DNA of 64,000 nucleotides from Eledone cirrhosa (Eukaryota): NCBI GenBank assembly GCA_964016885.1, contig OZ024743.1, positions 58,962,001 to 59,026,000 of the forward strand, read 5' to 3'. Shown piece by piece: positions 25,923 to 39,088 of this stretch (position 1 is its first letter; each line of letters starts with the position of its first letter). The notes under the pieces were generated by a model. It saw only the letters and a program-made list of their open reading frames with translations, ran no database searches and was not told where the DNA came from. The position numbers and the translations under genes were made by a program.

Positions 25923-26501
25923 CTGAAATACATGTACAATCTCACTTTCACCAGCTGAGTATATTGAGCCAATATGAAATAAACTATATTCTTGAAGGCC
26001 TAATATAATTGTTTTTCTGTTTTATGCCTGCATTTAAAACCAATGTAACTTTAGTGAAATCCAAATCAATATATATGAATGAACACATTTCATTCACTCT
26101 CTTTATAAATTGAAAACGTGGTTATCTCGAACTTTATTCTCAGAATTTACAACTTTAAAAAACGGGGGATGTCCAGCTGAACTATAGGTTTAACTAACTT
26201 TTAGCAGATGAGTTGACTAGAGCAGCGAGTCATAAATTGTCTTACTCGAATCGAATTCCTAACTTTACAATGGTGAGCCAAACACATGACATTTCCTGTA
26301 ACGTTAGCCAGCAAAAAACGGCTTGTACTCACCATTGAAAGGCAAATATTCTAAATGGTAAACATTTTACTCTTCACAGCGACTGGAATAATTCCATTTA
26401 ATCTAGTGTCACAGGCATAGATCCCTACATTTATTTAGTGGTAGATATTGTCTGGTAGTGATAAACTCTGCAGACTGAATAAGACGGCATTGTTCAACCA
26501 T

Positions 26502-26692
26502 TCACATTTGCTGAACACTAATAACATGTTGAATTACGTCGAATATGTTGCCTTTAAACGTTAGAGATGGAGGTCGAAGTGCATTGTCCATGATCATGTT
26601 ACCGGTTTTCTGGCCTGAATGTTTCCAGTAAAGCAAATTCGATAAAAGCACAGCAGACGATGTTAAGCCACTAGTTGAAATTAGCATGATAC
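26502..26692 (-). CDS. Astacin-like gene, putative last coding exon ((C)IMLISTSGLTSS...QQM*)
   Basis: Pyrimidine tract, ctaac branch point and catag acceptor. The phase-1 junction T|GT makes the Cys that completes CxxxCxxC. This is the only open frame after the acceptor. Confidence 0.55.
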
Positions 26693-27573
26693 CTATGAGG
26701 GTGACAGTTAGGTTTGAATGCGGAAGAAAGAAAACAAAAAAAAAAAAACGTTTCGTCTGATTCTCCAACACTTTCAACAATTTCTTGTTTTGAATTACTA
26801 TTTTGTTTTATCGAACTCCAATAAAATGAAGGGCAACGTTGACATCGACAGGATTTGATGTTGGATAGTAGATGACCTGAGCAAATACCACAAGGTAATT
26901 TCTCCTTCGCTGTACGTTTTCCTCCAACGACATTGATCAAACAATCAATTGAGATTAAAGAGAAGATTTCCAAGGCCAATTTCTCAGTGACTCTCGTGAA
27001 AGAGCTTTATGTGACCCTAGTTTAAAAATAGATATGACAATCACTTTCCCCTTTGGCAAAATCCCTTGAAACTTTAATGTTATTATGGTGAGTTATATAG
27101 TGATACATTGTGTAACAATGCTGCCTTTCGAATTAGAATTACACTCCATTTGTACGGCTTCCAAAATGTTTTCGTCAACTCAAATTCATTCATTAGGCAT
27201 GGGTGGACTCAAGGTTATGGTTAAGGAAACTTGCCCAATATAACTTACAGTGTGATGGAACCCCCCACCAAATATAATTCTGTTTCTACTAGAGGCATAA
27301 GGCCATCAATTTGAAGAGCAGGGGAATGTTGATTATATTGACCCCAGTGCATACTGGTACTATATTTTATCGACCCCGTAAAGATGAAAGCTGAGCTAAC
27401 GGGATTTGAAATCAGAATGGAAAGGGCCGTAACTCTATGCTGCGAAGCATGGTCTCCGCCGCGCTAACGATATACTGCCAAATAAATAATTTAGACAACA
27501 AAACAGCATTATAACAGACATACTTAAATGGAAAAAAAAAAAAAAAATACAGAAAAAAATAATTTATTCTTAC

Positions 27574-27678
27574 ATTTCTTGCAATGGTCTGGACATCTGT
27601 TAATAACACGTCCACATGTTCTGCAACTATCACGATTGGCGTTCTTGTCGCAATAATCATCAGTCCTTGTACTAATAT
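27574..27678 (-). CDS. Cys-rich ShK-like exon, variant A: ISTRTDDYCDKNANRDSCRTCGRVINRCPDHCKK
   Basis: ttttctttaaccag acceptor, gtaaga donor, 105 nt, phase 1-1. Confidence 0.75.
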
Positions 27679-29364
27679 CTGGTTAAAGAAAATGAATATG
27701 ATCGTGCAGAAGATATTTTCGATATTATATGTTAAGTAGTTAAGTAGACTAAACAATGATTAATATGGCATATCGAATGCACGTGGTTTAGTTATTATTG
27801 TATTCGGCTCTCGGTTGCATGATTCTGATTTCTATTTCCGACGCCACGTTGGACTCTTTGGCAAGACACTTCATATATAGTATATTATTCTATGTACTAT
27901 ATTCTATGTACTATACATGCACCTTTGACGAGTTGTAGTGCACTTGAGCACTTTACCCAATAATTTCATTATTATTATTTATATCACATTGATCCAGCTT
28001 ATTCAGCTGGCAGAAAAGAGTTTTATATGGAGAACCGGCAGTGTATACACATGTCCCGGTCAAAGTTCCATGAGATCTACGTTAAAGACACAGGCCACTC
28101 TTGGCTATACCATTATTCCAATCGCTGGTACAATATAGTCGGAACCGATAGAGTTCCCATTACAAAACTATACCATTGATTTGAATTGCAGTATGATGTA
28201 ATATAATGTGTTGTATTGAACTATTTTGTTATGTGCTGACTTACAATGTATAATACTTTTATACTGTAATGTATCGCATTATATAGTACGTAAACAGCCA
28301 CTTCAAAGTGGTTAAGTTCATTGTTCACAAATACATTAACCATTACAACTTGTGCAAACATGTATCAAAGTGCATCTTGTGCTACGCTCACTCAGTATAA
28401 CCTCAAACTCGAAATTGCCAGTGAGGGTGTCATATATATAGAGATTCCTGAATATTTTCAAAATCATACACTATTTCAATTATAAAAATATAGCAACAAA
28501 AGAGTTCGTACCACAAATAAAAAATCATAATATTTGAATTACTCCATTGACTAATGGCAAAGATATTGAATCAAATACATAGGAATTGGAAAGTCCCTCT
28601 GTCTATTTTGACAATCAGTGTTCCACGTATTTGTTCCACGGAAATGCTTGTTCGTATAATTAACGTGTATGTGGCTCATACTTTCAAAGATACGTGTATC
28701 CTGAATCCAAGTGAGATTCAACGCAGCAAAGTATCTATGCTGGCTTCAACACAGTTTCTATCTAATCAAATTTATTTATAAGGTCGTAGGTGGATTAGAG
28801 ATCATGATAAATGGAACTTTCCCAATATGCGTCGCAGTGGGATTGAACCATGAACCTAATGATTGCATCCCCGAAATACCTTATTTAAACAGCAAACAGG
28901 ATTATAATTTAACATATTTTATAAGAAAACAGTTCATAATTTCGCCTAACAGATTTGGCAGAAATCCCACCACCTCTTCCTAAAAGCTCCTCCCTTCAAC
29001 AAGTAAGAAGACTTAACTATCGGCGCGAGTGAGTATTTGTATTAAATACAACACGTGCTAATAGTTAGTCTCATATTTGAATTTGATGTGTAAACACAGA
29101 TAGTTAATTCTTCTTCCTTGTAGAAAATCCAGGATTTGGCTACTGGCGTTTACCAATCGATTAATTGGTGAAATACATTTCTTTAATGAAATATATACAA
29201 GCAAGATTAATCAATCAATAAGGTATCTAATTTTGAAGTTCTAGTTAAACTTTAATTAGTTACCCACATAGCTGTGTGTGCTTGCACACTTTTACAGATT
29301 ATCCCCTGTGATTGTTTCATATGTTTATTTTAAATATATATATATATGTCAATCAATTTCTAGT

Positions 29365-29417
<53 letters not shown>

Positions 29418-29782
29418 TATGTACACGTACTACATATATGTGTACAAACGTACAGTAGTATGTATATAATTACATACATGCACACATATATATATGTACG
29501 TATGGGTTTTCGGTACGCCCAGCCGACTAACTCACTCGATATGCAAATTAGGCTGCTAGCGTTAATATGCATAAGGAAATTATATACTTTCAAACGTTCA
29601 ATCATCTGACAGAAAGGTATACGATGCTGACGATAGCTAATAAGCTTGAAACTAGTACATCGTTCCTGTGCCAGTGTTGAAAACAGGGGCGACAATGGTT
29701 GCCGAGCACAGTACGGCGTTATCCGTGCAGTTTGTTTACAAACACACCGAACATAATAATAAATGTTCGGTAAACCCATACG

Positions 29783-29844
<62 letters not shown>

Positions 29845-31192
29845 CATGTATGTATATATACACATACTACTGTACGTCTGTACAGATATATCTATGTACG
29901 TGTACATACTTATATTTAGGTATCAGCCGTACTAAGAGTGAGAAATGAAATTTCGTTTCATTCTTTTCACCATTGAAAGGCAAATATTCTAAATGGTAAA
30001 CATTTTACTCCTCACAGCGACTGGAATAATTAGTGTCACAGGCATAGATCCCTACATTTATTTAGTGGTAGATATTGTCTGGTAGTGATAAACTCTGCAG
30101 ACTGAATAAGACGGCATCGTTGAACCATTCACTTTTGCTGAACACTAATAACATGTTGAATTACGTCGAATATGTTGCCTTTAAACGTTAGAGATGGAGG
30201 TCGAAGTGCATTGTCCATGATCATGTTACCGGTTTTCTGGCCTGAATGTTTCCAGTAAAGCAAATTCGATAAAAGCACAGCAGACGATGTTAAGCCACTA
30301 GTTGAAATTAGCATGATACCCATGTGGGTGACAGTTAGGTTTGAATGCGGAAGAAAGAAAACAAAAAAAAAAAACGTTTCCTCTGATTCTCCAACACTTT
30401 CAACAATCTCTTGTTTTGAATTACTATTTTGTTTTATCGAACTCCAATAAAATGAAGGGCAACGTTAACATCGACAGGATTTGATGTTGGATAGTAGATG
30501 ACCTGAGCAAATACCACAAGGTAATTTCTCCTTCGCTGTACGTTTTCCTCCAACGACATTGATCAAACAATCAATTGAGTTTATAGAGAAGATTTCCAAG
30601 GCCAAGTGACTCTCGTGAAAGAGCTTTATGTGACCCTAGTTTAAAAATAGATATGACAATCAATTTCCCCTTTGGCAAAATCCCTTGAAACTTTAATGTC
30701 ATTATGGTGAGTTATATAGTGACACATTGTGTAACAATGCTGCCTTTCGAATTAGAATTACACTCCATTTGTACGGCTTCCAAAATGTTTTCGTCAACTC
30801 AAATTCATTCATTAGGCATGGGTGGACTCAAGGTTATGGTTAAGGAAACTTGCCCAATATAACTTACAGTGTGATGGAACCCCCCACCAAATATAATTTT
30901 GTTTCTACTAGAGGCATAAGGCCATCAATTTGAAGAGCAGGGGAATGTTGATTATATTGACCCCAGTGCATACTGGTACTATATTTTATCGACCCCGTAA
31001 AGATGAAAGCTGAGCTAACGGGATTTGAAATCAGAATGGAAAGGGCCGTAACTCTATGCTGCGAAGCATGGTCTCCGCCGCGCTAACGATATACTGCCAA
31101 ATAAATAATTTAGACAACAAAACAGCATTATAACAGACATACTTAAATGGAAAAAAAAAAAAAAAATATAGAAAAAAAAAATTTATTCTTAC

Positions 31193-31297
31193 ATTTCTTG
31201 CAATGTTCTGGACATCTGTTAATAACACGTGCACATGTTCTGCAACTATCACGATTGGCGTAACGGTGGCAATACTCATCAGTCCCTGTACTAATAT
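31193..31297 (-). CDS. Cys-rich ShK-like exon, variant B: ISTGTDEYCHRYANRDSCRTCARVINRCPEHCKK
   Basis: Intact splice sites and open frame. Confidence 0.7.
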
Positions 31298-33068
31298 CTG
31301 GTTAAAGAAAATGAATATGATCGTGCAGAAGATATTTTCGATATTATATGTTAAGTTGTTAAGTAGACTAAAAAATGATTAATATGGCATATCGAATGCA
31401 CGTGGTTTAGTTATTATTGTATTCGGCTCTCGGTTGCATGATTCTGATTTCTATTTCCGACGCCACGTTGGACTCTTTGGCAAGACACTTCATATATAGT
31501 ATATTATTCTATGTACTATATTATATGTACTATACATGCACCTTTGATGAGTTGTAGTGCACTTGAGCACTTTACCCAATAATTTCATTATTAATATTTA
31601 TATCACATTGACCCAGTTTATTCAGCTGGCAGAAAAGAGTTTTATATGGAGAACCGGCATTGTATACACATGTCCCGGTCAAAGTTCCATGAGATCTACG
31701 TTAAAGACACAGGCCACTCTTGGCTATACCATTATTCCAATCGCTGGTACAATATAGTCGGAACCGATAGAGTTCCCATTACAAAACTATACCATTGATT
31801 TGAATTGCAGTATGATGTAATATAATGTGTTGTATTGAACTATTTTGTTATGTGCTGACTTACAATGTATAATACTTTTATACTGTAATGTATCGCATTA
31901 TATAGTACGTAAACAGCCGCTTCAAACTGGTTAAGTTCATTGTTCACAAATACATTAACCATTACAACTTGTGCAAACATGTATCAAAGTGCATCTTGTG
32001 CTACGCTCACTCAGTATAACCTCAAACTCGAAATTGCCAGTGAGGGTGTCATATATATAGAGATTCCTGAATATTTTCAAAATCATACACTATTTCAATT
32101 ATAAAAATATAGCAACAAAAGAGTTCGTACCACAAATAAAAAATCATAATATTTGAATTACTCCATTGACTAATGGCAAAGATATTGAATCAAATACATA
32201 GAAATTGGAAAGTCCCTCTGTCTATTTTGACAATCAGTGTTCCACGTATTTGATCCGCGGAAATGCTTGTTCGTATAATTAACGTGTATGTGGCTCATAC
32301 TTTCAAAGATACGTGTATCCTGAATCCAAGTGAGATTCAACGCAACAAAGTATATATGCTGGCTTCAAAACAGTTTCTGTCTAATCAAATTTATTTATAA
32401 GGTCGAGGTGGATTAGAAATCATGATAAATGGAACTTTCCCAATATGCGTCGCAGTGGGATTGAACCATGAACCTAATGATTGCATCCCCGAAATACCTT
32501 ATTTAAACAGCAAACAGGATTATAATTTAACATATTTTATAAGAAAACAGTTCATAATTTCGCCTAACAGATTTGGCAGAAATCCCACCACCTCTTCCTA
32601 AAAGCTCCTCCCTTCAACAAGTAAGAAGTCTTAACTATCGGCGCGAGTGAGTATTTGTATTAAATACAACACGTGCTAATAGTTTGTCTCATATTTGAAT
32701 TTGATGTGTAAACACAGATAGTTAATTCTTCTTCCTTGTAGAAAATCCAGGATTTGGCTACTGGCGTTTACCAATCGATTAATTGGTGAAATACATTTCT
32801 TTAATGAAATATATACAAGGAAGATTAATCAATCAATAAGGTATCTAATTTTGAAGTTCTAGTTAAACTTTAATTAGTTACCCACATAGCTGTGTGTGCT
32901 TGCACACTTTTACAGATTATCCCCTGTGATTGTTTCATATGTTTATTTTAGATATATATATATATATGTCAATCAATTTCTAGTTGATATATATATATAT
33001 ATATATATATATGTTTTAATATAGATGAGATTCTACAGGACTAGAACTGTTTCATTGTATACATACTG

Positions 33069-33104
<36 letters not shown>

Positions 33105-33522
33105 GTATGTAGACGTACCTACATATATGTGTACAAACGTACAGTAGTATGTATATAATTACATACATGCACACATATATATATGTACGCATGTGTTTTC
33201 GGTACGCCCAGCCGACTCACTCACTCGATATGCAAATTAGGCTGCTAGCGTTAATATGCATAAGGAAATTATATACTTTCAAACGTTCAATCATTTGACA
33301 GAAAGGTATACGATGCTGACGATAGCTAATAAGCTTGAAACTAGTACATCGTTCCTGTGCGAGTGTTGAACAAAGGGGCGACGTACGAGCACAGTACGGC
33401 GTTATCCGTGCAGTTTGTTTACAAACACACCGAACATAATAATAAATGTTCGGTAAGCCCATACGTACATACATATATATATATGTATATGAGAAAAACC
33501 ACAGACCCTCCATCTCAACTTA

Positions 33523-33560
33523 CCTTTTGAAAAGCAGAAGAACTGCGAAACCGGTAAAGG
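33523..33560 (+). ncRNA. Minimal type I hammerhead ribozyme-like motif (U3-A8 variant)
   Basis: cctt-TTGAAAA-gcag(aagaa)ctgc-GAAA-ccgg-TA-aagg. Confidence 0.55.
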
Positions 33561-33690
33561 AACCAAATAAATATATATATTTAAAAAAAAAATAAGACTC
33601 CAGTTGCATTTTCGATTTCATCCCTTTTCTTTATACTTCCACTCGTGTAGGACACCTCGGTTATTTTTCATTTTGTAAAAAAAACCTCAC

Positions 33691-33739
<49 letters not shown>

Positions 33740-35087
33740 CATGTATGTATATATACACATACGACTGTACGTCTGTACAGATATATCTATGTACGTGTAC
33801 ATACTTATATTTAGGTATCAGCCGTACTAAGAGTGAGAAATGAAATTTCGTTTCATTCTTTTCACCATTGAAACGCAAATATTCTAAATGGTAAACATTT
33901 TACTCCTCACAGCGACTGGAATAATTAGTGTCACAGGCATAGATCCCTACATTTATTTAGTGGTAGATATTGTCTGGTAGTGATAAACTCTGCAGACTGA
34001 ATAAGACGGCATCGTTGAACCATTCACTTTTGCTGAACACTAATAACATGTTGAATTACGTCGAATATGTTGCCTTTAAACGTTAGAGATGGAGGTCGAA
34101 GTGCATTGTCCATGATCATGTTACCGGTTTTCTGGCCTGAATGTTTCCAGTAAAGCAAATTCGATAAAAGCACAGCAGACGATGTTAAGCCACTAGTTGA
34201 AATTAGCATGATACCCATGTGGGTGACAGTTAGGTTTGAATGCGGAAGAAAGAAAACAAAAAAAAAAAACGTTTCCTCTGATTCTCCAACACTTTCAACA
34301 ATCTCTTGTTTTGAATTACTATTTTGTTTTATCGAACTCCAATAAAATGAAGGGCAACGTTAACATCGACAGGATTTGATGTTGGATAGTAGATGACCTG
34401 AGCAAATACCACAAGGTAATTTCTCCTTCGCTGTACGTTTTCCTCCAACGACATTGATCAAACAATCAATTGAGTTTATAGAGAAGATTTCCAAGGCCAA
34501 GTGACTCTCGTGAAAGAGCTTTATGTGACCCTAGTTTAAAAATAGATATGACAATCAATTTCCCCTTTGGCAAAATCCCTTGAAACTTTAATGTCATTAT
34601 GGTGAGTTATATAGTGACACATTGTGTAACAATGCTGCCTTTCGAATTAGAATTACACTCCATTTGTACGGCTTCCAAAATGTTTTCGTCAACTCAAATT
34701 CATTCATTAGGCATGGGTGGACTCAAGGTTATGGTTAAGGAAACTTGCCCAATATAACTTACAGTGTGATGGAACCCCCCACCAAATATAATTTTGTTTC
34801 TACTAGAGGCATAAGGCCATCAATTTGAAGAGCAGGGGAATGTTGATTATATTGACCCCAGTGCATACTGGTACTATATTTTATCGACCCCGTAAAGATG
34901 AAAGCTGAGCTAACGGGATTTGAAATCAGAATGGAAAGGGCCGTAACTCTATGCTGCGAAGCATGGTCTCCGCCGCGCTAACGATATACTGCCAAATAAA
35001 TAATTTAGACAACAAAACAGCATTATAACAGACATACTTAAATGGAAAAAAAAAAAAAAAATATAGAAAAAAAAAATTTATTCTTAC

Positions 35088-35192
35088 ATTTCTTGCAATG
35101 TTCTGGACATCTGTTAATAACACGTGCACATGTTCTGCAACTATCACGATTGGCGTAACGGTGGCAATACTCATCAGTCCCTGTACTAATAT
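35088..35192 (-). CDS. Cys-rich ShK-like exon, variant C (identical to B)
   Basis: Exact copy at +3895. Confidence 0.6.
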
Positions 35193-36963
35193 CTGGTTAA
35201 AGAAAATGAATATGATCGTGCAGAAGATATTTTCGATATTATATGTTAAGTTGTTAAGTAGACTAAAAAATGATTAATATGGCATATCGAATGCACGTGG
35301 TTTAGTTATTATTGTATTCGGCTCTCGGTTGCATGATTCTGATTTCTATTTCCGACGCCACGTTGGACTCTTTGGCAAGACACTTCATATATAGTATATT
35401 ATTCTATGTACTATATTATATGTACTATACATGCACCTTTGATGAGTTGTAGTGCACTTGAGCACTTTACCCAATAATTTCATTATTAATATTTATATCA
35501 CATTGACCCAGTTTATTCAGCTGGCAGAAAAGAGTTTTATATGGAGAACCGGCATTGTATACACATGTCCCGGTCAAAGTTCCATGAGATCTACGTTAAA
35601 GACACAGGCCACTCTTGGCTATACCATTATTCCAATCGCTGGTACAATATAGTCGGAACCGATAGAGTTCCCATTACAAAACTATACCATTGATTTGAAT
35701 TGCAGTATGATGTAATATAATGTGTTGTATTGAACTATTTTGTTATGTGCTGACTTACAATGTATAATACTTTTATACTGTAATGTATCGCATTATATAG
35801 TACGTAAACAGCCGCTTCAAACTGGTTAAGTTCATTGTTCACAAATACATTAACCATTACAACTTGTGCAAACATGTATCAAAGTGCATCTTGTGCTACG
35901 CTCACTCAGTATAACCTCAAACTCGAAATTGCCAGTGAGGGTGTCATATATATAGAGATTCCTGAATATTTTCAAAATCATACACTATTTCAATTATAAA
36001 AATATAGCAACAAAAGAGTTCGTACCACAAATAAAAAATCATAATATTTGAATTACTCCATTGACTAATGGCAAAGATATTGAATCAAATACATAGAAAT
36101 TGGAAAGTCCCTCTGTCTATTTTGACAATCAGTGTTCCACGTATTTGATCCGCGGAAATGCTTGTTCGTATAATTAACGTGTATGTGGCTCATACTTTCA
36201 AAGATACGTGTATCCTGAATCCAAGTGAGATTCAACGCAACAAAGTATATATGCTGGCTTCAAAACAGTTTCTGTCTAATCAAATTTATTTATAAGGTCG
36301 AGGTGGATTAGAAATCATGATAAATGGAACTTTCCCAATATGCGTCGCAGTGGGATTGAACCATGAACCTAATGATTGCATCCCCGAAATACCTTATTTA
36401 AACAGCAAACAGGATTATAATTTAACATATTTTATAAGAAAACAGTTCATAATTTCGCCTAACAGATTTGGCAGAAATCCCACCACCTCTTCCTAAAAGC
36501 TCCTCCCTTCAACAAGTAAGAAGTCTTAACTATCGGCGCGAGTGAGTATTTGTATTAAATACAACACGTGCTAATAGTTTGTCTCATATTTGAATTTGAT
36601 GTGTAAACACAGATAGTTAATTCTTCTTCCTTGTAGAAAATCCAGGATTTGGCTACTGGCGTTTACCAATCGATTAATTGGTGAAATACATTTCTTTAAT
36701 GAAATATATACAAGGAAGATTAATCAATCAATAAGGTATCTAATTTTGAAGTTCTAGTTAAACTTTAATTAGTTACCCACATAGCTGTGTGTGCTTGCAC
36801 ACTTTTACAGATTATCCCCTGTGATTGTTTCATATGTTTATTTTAGATATATATATATATATGTCAATCAATTTCTAGTTGATATATATATATATATATA
36901 TATATATGTTTTAATATAGATGAGATTCTACAGGACTAGAACTGTTTCATTGTATACATACTG

Positions 36964-36999
<36 letters not shown>

Positions 37000-37417
37000 G
37001 TATGTAGACGTACCTACATATATGTGTACAAACGTACAGTAGTATGTATATAATTACATACATGCACACATATATATATGTACGCATGTGTTTTCGGTAC
37101 GCCCAGCCGACTCACTCACTCGATATGCAAATTAGGCTGCTAGCGTTAATATGCATAAGGAAATTATATACTTTCAAACGTTCAATCATTTGACAGAAAG
37201 GTATACGATGCTGACGATAGCTAATAAGCTTGAAACTAGTACATCGTTCCTGTGCGAGTGTTGAACAAAGGGGCGACGTACGAGCACAGTACGGCGTTAT
37301 CCGTGCAGTTTGTTTACAAACACACCGAACATAATAATAAATGTTCGGTAAGCCCATACGTACATACATATATATATATGTATATGAGAAAAACCACAGA
37401 CCCTCCATCTCAACTTA

Positions 37418-37455
37418 CCTTTTGAAAAGCAGAAGAACTGCGAAACCGGTAAAGG
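37418..37455 (+). ncRNA. Duplicate of the 33523 hammerhead-like motif
   Basis: Exact copy at +3895. Confidence 0.5.
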
Positions 37456-37585
37456 AACCAAATAAATATATATATTTAAAAAAAAAATAAGACTCCAGTT
37501 GCATTTTCGATTTCATCCCTTTTCTTTATACTTCCACTCGTGTAGGACACCTCGGTTATTTTTCATTTTGTAAAAAAAACCTCAC

Positions 37586-37634
<49 letters not shown>

Positions 37635-38983
37635 CATGTATGTATATATACACATACGACTGTACGTCTGTACAGATATATCTATGTACGTGTACATACT
37701 TATATTTAGGTATCAGCCGTACTAAGAGTGAGAAATGAAATTTCGTTTCATTCTTTTCACCATTGAAACGCAAATATTCTAAATGGTAAACATTTTACTC
37801 CTCACAGCGACTGGAATAATTAGTGTCACAGGCATAGATCCCTACATTTATTTAGTGGTAGATATTGTCTGGTAGTGATAAACTCTGCATGCTGAATAAG
37901 ACGGCATCGTTGAACCATTCACTTTTGCTGAACACTAACAACATGTTGAATTACGTCGAATATGTTGCCTTTAAACGTTAGAGATGGAGGTCGAAGTGCA
38001 TTGTCCATGATCATGTTACCGGTTTTCTGGCCTTAATGTTTCCAGTAAAGCAAATTCGATAAATGCACAGCAGACGATGTTAAGCCACTAGTTGAAGTTA
38101 GCATGATACCCATGTGGGTGACAGTTAGGTTTGAATGCGGAAGAAAGAAAACAAAAAAAAACAAAACGTTTCCTCTGATTCTCCAACACTTTCAACAATT
38201 TCTTGTTTGAATTAGTATTTTCTTTTATCGAACTCCAATAAAATGAAGGGCAACGTTGACATCGACGGGATTTGAGGTTAGATAGTAGATGGCCTGAGCA
38301 AATACCACAAGGTAATTTCTCCTTCGCTGTACGTTTTCCTCCAACGACATTGATCAAACAATCAATTGAGTTTATAGAGAAGATTTCCAAGGCCAAGTGA
38401 CTCTCGTGAAAGAGCTTTATGTGACCCTAGTTTAAAAATAGATATGACAATCACTTTCCACTTTGGCAAAATCCCTTGAAACTGTAATGTCATTATGGTG
38501 AGTTATATAGTGACACATTGTGTAACAATGCTGCCTTTCGAATTAGAATTACACTCCATTTGTACGGCTTCCAAAATGTTTTCGTCAACTCAAATTCATT
38601 CATTAGGCATGGGTGGACTCAAGGTTATGGTTAAGGAAACTTGCCCAATATAACTCACAGTGTGATGGAACCCTCCACCAAATATATTTTTGTTTCAACT
38701 AGAGGCATAAGGCCGTCAATTTGAAGAGGAGGGGAATGTTGATTATATTGACCCCAGCGCATACTGGTACTATATTTTATCGACCCCGTAAAGATGAAAG
38801 CTGAGCTAACGGGATTTGAAATCAGAGTGGAAAGAGCAGTAACTCTATGCTGCAAAGCATGGTCTCCGGCGCGCTAACGATATACTGCCAAATAAATAAT
38901 TTAGACAACAAAATAGCATTATAACAGACATACTTAAATGGAAAAAAAAAAAAAAAATACAGAAAAAAAAAGTTTATTCTTAC

Positions 38984-39088
38984 ATTTCTTGCATTGTTCT
39001 GGACATCTGGTAATAACCCGTGCACATGTTGTGCAACTAACACGATTGGCGTAACGGTGGCAATACTCATCACTCCTTTTATGAATAT
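38984..39088 (-). CDS. Cys-rich ShK-like exon, variant D: IHKRSDEYCHRYANRVSCTTCARVITRCPEQCKK
   Basis: Intact splice sites, open frame, all 5 Cys kept. Confidence 0.75.

Noticed and set aside
26671-26979. Cys-containing ORF CGICSGH...CRCQRC repeated in array units
   Set aside because: Overlaps a decayed SINE (ttttatcgaac...atgaagggcaacgttgacatcgacaggatttga), has no splice signals, and is broken by a stop in units B and C.
27412-27756. 114-aa ORF over the cassette exon
   Set aside because: Wrong frame, running through poly-T and a SINE. The Cys-rich frame is the one that fits the splice phases.
29360-29948. [12 protein letters not shown] ORFs here and at 25358, 42711, 47057 and 56589
   Set aside because: Translations of dinucleotide microsatellites.
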